This document shows positions 50,100 to 61,000 of a DNA stretch of 64,000 nucleotides, piece by piece (positions within the stretch are counted from its first letter, which is position 1; each line of letters opens with the position of its first letter). The notes beneath the pieces were generated by a model that made no database searches, was not told the origin of the DNA, and was given only the letters and a program-made list of their open reading frames with translations. Position numbers and translations under genes: made by a program. The stretch comes from Stylophora pistillata. Its lineage: Eukaryota. The stretch is taken from contig NW_019217816.1 in the NCBI RefSeq assembly GCF_002571385.2, forward strand, positions 253,061-317,060. Reading direction: 5' to 3'.

Positions 50100-50565
50100 A
50101 AATGAAAATTTCTTTAAAGACCTGTCAAACTATCAACCATTTGACAGCCAAGTCAGCGTGCTATCAAAGGGTCTCAAATTCATCCCAACGCCCATGACAA
50201 ATGAATTTAAAATTGGGCCAACTTTTGCGAGATTTATTCGCAAGACGAATGCGCCTCGGTTACACCTTTCATGGACAAAACAAAGAACCACTTCTGTTTC
50301 ATATCGAACTAAATGCTACCGGCTCAGTCTTCTATTGCCCTTCAGAGCTACTTGGGAAATTGTCCTAACGCTACTTGCAGACTGCATCTAAGCCAAAAAA
50401 TATTTTGTAACGCAATGAAGTCACGGCTCTAAAAGAGTTGAAACAAACTGCTTTAAACCTCACTGAAGCAACACAACAATAGTCATCATGAATAAGACAG
50501 AAAAAACAAAAGAGGCCAGAGTGCAACTCAACAAGAGAGTTCACTTCAAACCTCTCAAAGCACCG
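50100..50565 (+). mobile_element. Degraded Penelope-like N-terminal fragment
   Basis: LSKGLKFIPTP and IVIMNK...QLN...HFKPL in broken frames; ends at a family B MITE. Confidence 0.7.
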
Positions 50566-50752
50566 ATAGTAAAAAACACAGCGTACACTATTGAGTTGTG
50601 GATGCACTTGGGAGGTTTGCTAAGCACTCAAGAAGCTAGAGTCACTCTTGGCTATCTCCTCGAACGACTCTTACACTTCTTTCGTGCCTAGCAACCTCCC
50701 ACGTGCATCCATAACTCAATAGTGTACGCTGTGGTGTTTATCATTTGTTAAT
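50565..50752. mobile_element. Foldback MITE family B, copy 2
   Basis: Inverted match to 7022-7215; cacagcgtacactattgagtt / aactcaatagtgtacgctgtg. Confidence 0.8.
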
Positions 50753-51122
50753 TTTAGGTACTTGGTGTTGATAGCTCATCAATGAATGACTTGTGTTTTG
50801 GTAGTTAGTAGTTCTGTGTCATTTTGAAGTGAAACACAGGCATTTTCTTAATTTGTTCTTCAGATGATTTACCCAAGTAAAAAAAGTGAAATCATTCCGC
50901 TTGCGAGTCAATCCATCTATGGATAAATGCAGATCTAGATATACTGGTACAAAGAGTTTTAGGAGAGATCAGAATTATCACTGAAATTTGTACATAGATC
51001 GATGGTGTTAAAAAACTACACCACAAGATATGTACATCATATAGTGCGCATGTGTACAGCCCCTTATATCCAGTACAATAGTCATTAATGTTGTCTTGCT
51101 TTATTTCTTTGAATTGTAGTTC

Positions 51123-51377
51123 ATGTCAGCCACCATGTTGAGGTTCTGGATCCATCCAGCAAAGACTCTTCATCATCACATAACCTCTTTAATGAGGAAT
51201 TCCACTACATGTTCCACCAGTGGTGCAGTGTTTTCTAAACCGGAAAGTAAGCGCTTTGGTTTGATAAAAGTCACCTGCATTGTGATTCCATTTTTGTACG
51301 TAGGAGGCATAGTTTCTCGTGAAGGAGCTGCATGGCTGGAGGAAAATGATATTTTTTCACCAGAAGATGATGATTAA
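51123..51377 (+). CDS. SMDT1: Essential MCU regulator EMRE, mitochondrial (84 aa)
   Basis: SGAVFSKP...FGLIKVTCIVIPFLYVGGIVS...AAWLEENDIFSPEDDD matches the EMRE TM helix, GxxxS motif and acidic tail. Acceptor TAG ends at 51119; AATAAA near 51693 and 51892; candidate upstream UTR donor near 48489. Confidence 0.93.
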   Translation: MSATMLRFWIHPAKTLHHHITSLMRNSTTCSTSGAVFSKPESKRFGLIKVTCIVIPFLYVGGIVSREGAAWLEENDIFSPEDDD

Positions 51378-52339
51378 TACCATGATAACATCACCATTTT
51401 TGGTGTGCTTATTAATTGTCCCCACCAATGGATTTGTGGATGGATGGTGACTGATGTAAATAGTAATATTGTGGTTAGAGCTAAGAGTGATTTGAACTTT
51501 CAAGTATTGTACTCTCACAGCTGAGTAATCAGGGAGCTCAAAGATTGATGATGAAATTGTATATGTGAGGACCTCTAAATAGTTTTGCTAGCTGGTCACA
51601 TGGTCTACCAGAAGCCCTATGGAATCTGGAACTCAGTGAAAAAATCGATCACTACCCACTGACTGAGAATGTTAAAAATAATTAGTAATTGTTACAACTG
51701 TGACAGTAACTGTGACTATAGTTCACAAGAATTAGATGACTTCCCTCTGCTGAATAAAATTTCTTATCTAAAGTGCCTTTGAACTTACTAATACTTTGCT
51801 TGAAATATAAGTTAATTGCCATCAAGCTACTTCTGTTGACAGATATATTGTAAAGTTTTTTCAGCTCAAAGATAGTTTGTCTGTTGCAGATAAATAAATC
51901 TTACTTTTGTCCACCATAACTATGCCTCTGAACTGTTTAGCATAACTAGATAGTGTCCCCTATAGGCCAGCTCCTATTGTGTCCCAAACGGCTAATGCTT
52001 GAAACAACAGCAGTAGAAACTCTCTGTGGTGGCCAGTTTACTTTAACAACTCAGTTGATAAAACCAAGGTATCTTGTGTTGGTGATGAGTTGCATCAAGA
52101 GAGCTTGATTGAGAAAGAAAGTGTTGTCAGAGGTTTACTAATTCAATCTTGCTATATGTGAACTTAGCCGTTTAGTATGCAGTGAGAAATTTTTCTGGCT
52201 TTAGAGGTTAGTTTTTAATTTACATGTACCTATAAAGTTAACTTTATTCACAATTTGCAAAGTTAAACTGGTAAGTCTTTGTTGTCATTTACAGTCTTGA
52301 TCCATTACTCATATGATTAAAATATAATCCAAGTTCCAA

Positions 52340-53273
52340 GTTGAATGAAGTACTAGCAAGGCTATATACATGGTGTTGCGAGAACTGTCTCACTCCACAT
52401 CCCACCAAGACAGAATACATGTTGCTTGGTGGACGCGGACAATGTACTGGGCCAAAACAAGCTATTAAGATGGGGGATTATGTTTTTGAGGAGGTTGTTT
52501 CTACAAGATGCCTAGGTGTTCAAATAAATAATGCTCTTAAATGGGATCATTATGTATCAGAATTAGTGAAGTCATAATACGCAGAAGTTGAATTTACTTA
52601 AATCCTTGTATTTCCTGCTTAATCAGACAAGAACTGATTTCTATTTTAAGGTTATTTTGCTGTCTATGACATATGGTATGTTAGTTTGGGGCTCTTGTGG
52701 TCGAGTGTTTTTCTCAACCTTAGAATCTATACATGTTAGAGCAGTGAAAATAATATTTAACTTGGATTGGTGTACTCCAAGCAAGGAGGTTCTTGCCACA
52801 GTAAAAATGGAATACCTTAGGGATTATGTATGAGAAACGATTACTATCTTAGCGCATCAGGCTTATTATCATCTTTTACCATGTCCTATGAACTGTCGTT
52901 TTGAAAAGTATGTAAGTAGTTACCACCTCAGGAGGAAAATGACATTTAAGTTACCTAGACCTAAGACCGATATGGTCAAGAAATCATACTCATACAAGTC
53001 AATTACTCAATGGAATGCTGTGGAAAATAAAATGAGATCAATTCAAGACGTTGACGCTTTTAAAAAGTCACTCGAGTGTATTTTTAAGCCACTTATATTA
53101 TAATGATGTACTCTGTAGAATTTTTATTGTTGTAAATATGTAGAAATCTTGCATTAGTCTTCTTGTAATTAGTTAGGAATTTAGTTTTATTGTATTTAGT
53201 TAGGAATTTAGTTTTATTGTTTGTACACGACCACATCAGCTTTTCCTGAATTTTTTATCGTGTTTAAATAAAT
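52340..53273 (+). mobile_element. L2/CR1-group LINE 3' fragment
   Basis: WCCENCLTPHPTKTEYM, CLGVQI, YGMLVWG, YHLR in shifted frames; 3' UTR ends in taaataaat. Confidence 0.85.
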
Positions 53274-53696
53274 GCTGTTGTATATCAGAAACTAGACTTA
53301 TCTCTGAAATTTTTGGAAAAATTTGGTGCATTTTTGCCAAATTTGAGATCAGAGTGGGAACAAGAGCAACACTCTTTTTACTCTAGCACACTTTCTTTGG
53401 TCAAGGTTTTTGCTTGAATTTCCTGCTAGGTGCTCTTGTGGATGATAATATGTCATGTGGTTTATTTCTGTTAGGGGTGCTATCTTGCAAGGATTGATTG
53501 TTAAAGGGATTGAAAATATCTAATTAAGGGTGGCTTCAAGGTGTTAACTACACGCTTTCTTCCTGTAGTATTTATCTAAAGAAATGGCAAATTTATGACA
53601 ATTTGTTCCAAAAGAGAAGTCTCACTTGCAGAGCTCAAGGGTTCTGTGTAGTCTGAATGATTACCATCCCCTCCCATTTATTAGATTTGTCACCAA

Positions 53697-53737
53697 CACA
53701 AATCCCACAATGCATTACTTTACATACAAAATGGCGG
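53697..53737 (+). promoter_or_regulatory. Candidate LRRC56 promoter with ZNF143/Staf-like and YY1-like motifs
   Basis: acaaaTCCCACAATGCAtt and CAAAATGGCGG, upstream of a strong AAG|GTAAGT donor at 53911/53912 (likely 5' UTR exon). Confidence 0.5.
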
Positions 53738-55058
53738 GTTTGTCCGACTAAGAGATTGATAGGAATGACTCCTTATCCATATTGACTGACACACCAAAGT
53801 GTAGTGAATTCTTGTCTAATCATTCCTTTGGATCTTCCATAAGGAAAATAACCTTAGGAAATCTTTTTCCATGGCTTGTATTGAGGAACACTCGACGTAT
53901 CCAGGAAAAAGGTAAGTTAACAACGTTGGTTGACAACGATGACAACCGATGCACGCCACGCCATTTGCTTGTGAGCAAGGTCTATATTGTCCTTTCCATA
54001 TGGTGTAGAAGTATCTGTGGTTATTTATTTCCTTTAATTTCGGCTTTTTATAAAATGGGAACGTTGTTTTAATGTGGAAAACATTTTTTGTGATTACATG
54101 GCTGATGGTTCATAATAGTGTTGACATTATTTATGTTTGTCTCCACCAGTGCCATCCATTGGATCGTAAACAAAATATCTTTGTGCAAGTTCGATCAGCT
54201 CTTTGAAATCCTAATGTTTTGATTAATAATATTCTCAATTTGTGGCCATGTTTCATTGTTACTTTTATCGGTTCGGTTTACAAATGGTTAAAAATAGCCT
54301 CATTCTTAGGAAGTACACGTACTAGTTAGTCCCCATGCATGACCGAGTATACCATACCGTGAGACTTGGTAAATACAGAAATATAACAGCTCTGTAAACA
54401 TGCTCCAAATAGTTCATATTCAAATGAAAGTTGTCATAACCATAGAAAGGTAAGTGTGGAAAGTGCTATGCGTTCAGATTGAAGACTCTGAAATCATGCC
54501 AGCACATAGCTGTAGACCAATTTCTCATACAGTAAGTGAACTAAACAGAAAAACGAGTAGCAAATGGGAGGAGGAGGGTGTCCTGATACCATTCCACACA
54601 GAAGTTTAAGAAAAATTCATTACTTATACAGCATTTAACACATTGTTTAAAGGAAATCTTTAAATCTCTCTTCTTGTGTGCAAGGTTGTAGGGAAATCTT
54701 GAGATTTTCATTAAAATGAAAAAAATTAACAGGTCACCTGTATTTCAAATCATGCCTCAAACTGGTGTATAAATTCATTAATCAGGCTTGCGAGCCATTA
54801 CAGCCTTACCTGACAAATTTTTGAAAATACATTGAGCAACATACAAGAACCAATACAAGAGAAGAAAAATCCTTTTTTTTTTTTTCTTCTCCAAAGCCTC
54901 TAGTGTAGAGTAAAGAGAAATAGATAAGGTTCTGTTGGAAACTTTAAGGTCACTTACTTATAATCCTTGGGTATATTGAGACATGATTGATCTTAAAGGA
55001 ATAACTCTGGCATCCTCAGGATAAAAATTTCTCCCATTTATTGTTATTTAGACTAGGA

Positions 55059-58000
55059 ATGGAAGATACTACATTAACCCTGGAACAAGTTGAACACATG
55101 CCACCTGCCCCAAGAACCATCTCTTCGATAAGAATACGTGAATTTGATGACACCACTGCCAACCCTGAACCAATAGTACAAGATGATGAGGAGGAGGCAG
55201 ATCAGTTGTTAGAGGAATTCCTGTCCCCATCTAAACTGGCAAGTACATGCAAACTTAACTTTTATCTTGTTTTCAAATTTTCTCATTTCCCTCTGCAGTC
55301 ACTGTTGAATTGGAGTTTGAGTGGCTGCAAATGGTGACAGCCCCCAAACTATAACATATATCTGAAAAAGACTTAAACTCGAGCAACACTCATATAGGAT
55401 AGTTGAGCTATGAAAAGAAGTCTCTTTTTTGAAGTTTGTTGTTTTATAAGAATTAAAGTGAGGAAAATACTTCTATAGTGTAGCATTGGCTCCTTTCAAT
55501 ATAATTATCATTATCTTTTTTACAACCCTGTCATAAAGGCAATGCTAATTTGCATAGTACGAAGAATGTATTGTGGAGAAAATAGTGCCCATTATTAATG
55601 CTGTCATTTTTTGTGCACTTTATCTTTCTTTATGTAGAGATCTTTGACTGGTTTCTCAAATCTTGATCAAGTTGAATACCTTGAAATGAGAGTTGATACA
55701 AGAGAAAATAGTTTAGGAAATTTTGGTAAGTTTTGGTAAAAGTTTCAGTATTTATCAGGATGGGAATTGGTGTATTTAAAATTCCCACCTGTAAATATGG
55801 TCCCTCTACAAATGAAGAATAGTCAAGTTTAGGAAACCGTATTTCACTGCTGTTGAAACCCACTCACCCCCAAGATCTCAGTAAATTCTCCTTACTCAAT
55901 TGAGAAAATAGTTAAGGAAATTTTGGTAAGTTTTGGCATCACACATTTTATCAACAACCAGTGTTTGCCTGGAAAGGCAAGTCAATTTATTAGAAAATTA
56001 TATTTTATAGAAAGTTTGAAAGCCAAAGCACGACAACTGATGGGCTCTGCAAAGTTTCTTTTTTTCCTTTTTTTGAGACAGTTACAAACTGTAGCACATA
56101 GTTTGGTGTGCATTTTCATGAACATTTTTTGATAAAGAATTTTTTGTAGAGGATTTTACTGCTGCACTTAAATGCCTTGGAAAATGTTTACTGTGCATTT
56201 TGTTACATATTTTGTCATATTTTGCTGGAGCCCCTTTGACAAGATCATTGAGCTCGTGATCATTAAGGCAGGGAAAGAACTGAAGTTCTATAATTTTCTT
56301 TCTATTTTCTTTAGGCTAAGGGGAAAGAAAATAGTTTCTCCACTTCTAATATTTGTTATTTGTTCTTGAAATTACTTTTATTGCAATTGTTTCAAAAGCT
56401 TTGAGTTTGAGGTGTTTTCATCTTAGAAAACACAAAAAGCTTGACGTCACAACCATGTTTACATACCCTTATTATAATCAAAACTCATCAGCTGACCAAT
56501 GAAAGTGCACATACTTCATGTTTCACAAATTTTTGGCTTCTATACATACCCTTCCGCTTGGAATTTTTCAGGGACCCATCATGCAATAGGGTGTGATATT
56601 TTCTTAAAGTGCACATCTCACAAAATTGTAAAAAAACTGGTATGCTGTGAGTTTTGCAATGGATTTTCCATGAAGAAAGGGTCGATTTTTATTTCACTGG
56701 CTTTAGGTGCTCTGCTACCAAATCTGAGTGAATTAAAGTTGTCTAACAGCATTATAGCCACAGTAAGGTAAGATAGCTCTAAGGTTTGCCAGTCCCTTCA
56801 CAAGGATGAGAGGTGAAATGAGTGTTTAAATATTAGATTAATCTAACTTTAACATTTGGATATTGATAATTCATTGTTAAGAATGGTCTTTCACTGTTTT
56901 CAGAATACAGGTGACTGATACAAGTGATCTGTAATTTGAAACAAAATGAGAATTCTTCAAGGCTGCATGTATGATCCCTTAGTTTCCTTAATTTATTCCT
57001 TAATTTATTCCTTTTATGCTCAAGATCTTATTAGTGTTACTCCTCCCCCCACTGTCACACTGTTTGCCATACTTTTTTTTCCCAATGTTAGTTCTTATAA
57101 ATTGGTGTTGAACAAAAATTTAATGTTATCCTTTTGTTGATATATTTCTTTGTTCTTGTTGCCTTTCTACTTGATATTACTAAGATAAATTACTTCTTGA
57201 TTGTCCACAGGATTGAAAGGTTTAATGTAGCTTTCTTCAAAACATAATGCAGATTCCTCACCCCACATAACTCTTCATGCAGTTGCTAATTTCATGAACT
57301 TGATGTTTGCACAGAGACCTTGGTACATCTTTGACTAATTTGAGGACTCTGTGGCTTGCAAGATCTGGGCTCAGTGATTTGGATGGAATTAGTTCAGTCT
57401 CCTCATTAAAGGTTAGTTACATGTACTGTATTGCAAGCTAGGGCAGCAAAAAGCAAATCCATTGACCGCCTCCCGGTTAGCTCAATTGGTAGAGCGCCGG
57501 ACTGTTGTGTGGGAGGTCGTGAGTTCAAATCCGGCCGGACCAACACTCAGGGTCTTTAAATAACTGAGAAGAAAGTGCTGCCTTTGTAATAATATCTGCA
57601 AATGGTTAGACTTTCTAGTCTTCTCGGATAGGGAAGATAAATGGCGGTCCCATCTCACAAGCCCTTGTATGTGATTAAAAAATTTGTGGGACATTAAAGA
57701 ACCCACACACTGTTGGAAAAGAGTAGGGCACGTAGTGCCCGGTGTTGTGGTCTATCTTTGTGTAGTGTCTATCAAATTGATGGGGGGTACTGCGCCTTTG
57801 AATATTGTATAGAAAGGGTGCAATATAAACAAGGAATTCGTTCATTCATTCATTCATCCATGGTTCTCCCTTCAGCTAGGATTTGTCCTGTTAAAAATTT
57901 TTTTATGAGGGTCATTCCCAAGCAGTCTAACACTCTATAAGTTGGGTAACCACTAGCTGGGAAGTAGGGTGGTGAAAAGTATTAGGAGTAGTCACTACCA

Positions 58001-61000
58001 AACTAGTTTCTTCTTGAACAACATTTTCCCCCTCAAACCTTACATTCTGTGGATGCAAGTGAATCCTAGTTACATGAATTTTTCACAGCAGATTGAACAC
58101 ACATGTGGTATGTGTTAGTCTTGTGAGGGTGACACTTTGAAAAGAAAGATTGTCTAATTAATATTTTTGACTAAGAACAACATTTTCCCTCTCAAAACTT
58201 ACATCATGTGGATGCAAATAGATCCTATTTACACTATTTTCTTGGTTATAAGACACACTTGGTTATAAGACGCACCCCAAACTAAGCAACTTAGTCAAGC
58301 GAAGTTCCCAAACTGAAAATTACGTAAAAATACTCGGTTTATAAGACACACCAATAGGTTGAGAGTTAACAAAAGTTATGATGGATCTGAGAAGGTTTCA
58401 CGGTTGCTCTGGTGGTGAAAGCAAATGGCATGAAACTCCCACCAAAAGTCATATTCAAAGGTGTTCGGCAGCTGAATATCAACACGCCACCGAGGATGCC
58501 AGTTTCAGTGCATAAAAAAGGCTGGATTGGAAGAAGGCAGGTTTTATATCCACATCGTTTATTCAGAGAAGGAACTTTTTGAGCGAGTGACACAAACACG
58601 ATTCTAGGAATTTGAAATAAGGTTTATTGTCATGGATATCATGTTACCAAGCACATGCTGTTAAGAACGTATGCAAATTTCTGTTTGTTTGCTTTTCTGT
58701 TTTTCTTGTAAGTTCTGCTAAAATTGTGATCTTAAGATTTAGTGGCACAAAAATACTTGGCTATAAGATGCATCCCAATTTCAGCACTAACTTTTCACCC
58801 AAAGACAGAATTGTCTTCAAAAAACTGTGCGCCTTATAACCGAGACAATATGGTACAGTGTATGTGAATTTTTCACAGAAGATTGAACATATATGTAGCA
58901 TGCGCTAGTCTTGTGAGGGACTGACTCTTTGAAAAGCAAAAGCTTGTCTAATTTATTTGTTTTGACTAAGTAATTAAGGCTTTCATATGCCCTGGTTGGT
59001 GCTAGAAAAAATTTTTACAGCCATTGGAGACCAAAAAAAAAAAAAACTCCTTCCACTTATGAATCAAACAGACGAAAGACTTTTGATTGTGCCAAGTAAG
59101 TGCATGATAGAGTTGTTTTATAAATTAAGTTAACAAGAGTTCTGGTTCATGATAGGAGCTATACTTGGCATTTAATCACATTGAGGATGTTAGCCCAGTC
59201 AGCATGCTAGACCAGCTGGAGATTTTGGACTTAGAAGGGTAAGGAAAAACAAAAAAAAATGTTTGTAAACTTCTTAAAGTTTGTTACTGCACCAAGACCA
59301 TTCTTAATCACTCTCAGGGTTGAACCGTAAGTTTTATTTCAGATACAAATCATTTTGACCATCCATAAACTTTTCTTTTAAGTAAGAGACTTTGTAGCCT
59401 AGGTGTTAGCACTTAGGGGCTCATGAGCAAGTAGTGTAGGATTATACATGTGTCTCACTGGTGGGGTCATTGAGTCTTGTTTCTGGGCATAAGGCACGTC
59501 CACCCCCCCTATACTTTGGGGAAGTATAAAGGAGTATAAGAGGGTTCTAGAAAACTTTTAGTGGAGGACTAACGTGGGAAAATAATGTCTGTTCATGCTG
59601 TAGGAAATGGAATATTTGCTAGCTGTGAAACAAGAATGCCAATCACCAAAAATCTGAAATTTGGAGATGCTTGATTATGATTCAGATCCTCTCACTTACA
59701 CACCCAAATTTGTTTTTGACCGTTTTATCTCAGTCTCTCCTCATAAATTAAAGTATAACTGTAGGGTAGACCAGAGGATACGTGCAGTTTCCACAATAAT
59801 GGGTGTGTAATGTAAATTATAATAATACATGTTTGATGATGGGGCAGAAGGTCCTCTTATAAAAATTTTATACACCAATGAATATGCTTCACCTTTTGAG
59901 TGTGGATGACTTAGTTCATAGTGTTCTCTGTAAGGGAAAATCAAGCACAGTGCTACTGTGCATAACATTGATGTGTCTGTTTTTGTTATTGTGTTATCAG
60001 AAACAATGTGAGTGATATCACACAGGTTGAATTTTTATGTCTGTGCTCATCATTGAAGATCTTGACACTTGAGGGAAACCCAATTTGTACAGTTGCTCAG
60101 CCCTTAGCATCATCAGAGGTGGGCATTATATGATCTTAATGTTGCATAGCAATTTTAATTTAGATACATGCAAACAAAGAAGATGCGATTCAGAAAACAT
60201 TAAGCTGTAAAAAAATTGCAATAAAATACTCCCAAAACTATTATAATAATACATTTTCATACATCCCAGCTGTCCTATATTTCCTATTTTTCCTATTTAT
60301 TTTATAGGATCCCATAAAACTCCTATAATAGGCCAAACACTCCTATATTTCCTATAAATACTGCTTAAGTTATATGTAAGAAAATAAAGCAAGTGTGTCC
60401 AACAGGTCAGATTGAGTTTGAATTGAGTGTACTCTAGCTATAGGCTGTGTTGTGCTGTCACCTGTGGTTTGATATTATTCTTAGACTGGATTTAATGAGA
60501 CTGGGAGCAGTGTTACAAGGTAAGACCATTTTCAACCTATTTGTATATTCAAATGTTAATGAGATTTACTAAGTATTATGTTTTGTCTTCATCTGAGCGT
60601 GCAATTTTTGTCTTGAATTTGGAGGTGGTGTCCATAATGTCGCTTGAGACATTTCCTTTCAAAATACAAACAGACATACCAGGCACATTGATGTGCCATC
60701 CTCTTGAGCCTCTACTTTAATCTTTAACAAAATAGCCAAGCATATGTATCAGCACATGTTTTGTTTGATGTTACTGGCAAAATTTGGTGTTTAGTTTTCC
60801 GTGCCAGTCAAATTCTGAAGGGTGTGGCATCCCTTACCTCCAGAGCTGCTTGGGTGTGGAGGGCATTAAATGGTTACAAATTTTGTAATACAGATCATCT
60901 TAGACTATGATGAAATGCTTAAGCACCCTTGTTTCAATAAAGAATGATTGTCATGACATGGTAATTGCAACTGAACTATTGTAGAAAACGTTTTTCTAGC

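Noticed and set aside
57468-57545. Functional tRNA gene
   Set aside because: The anticodon arm is degenerate and the sequence continues into a SINE body and tail instead of a poly-T terminator.
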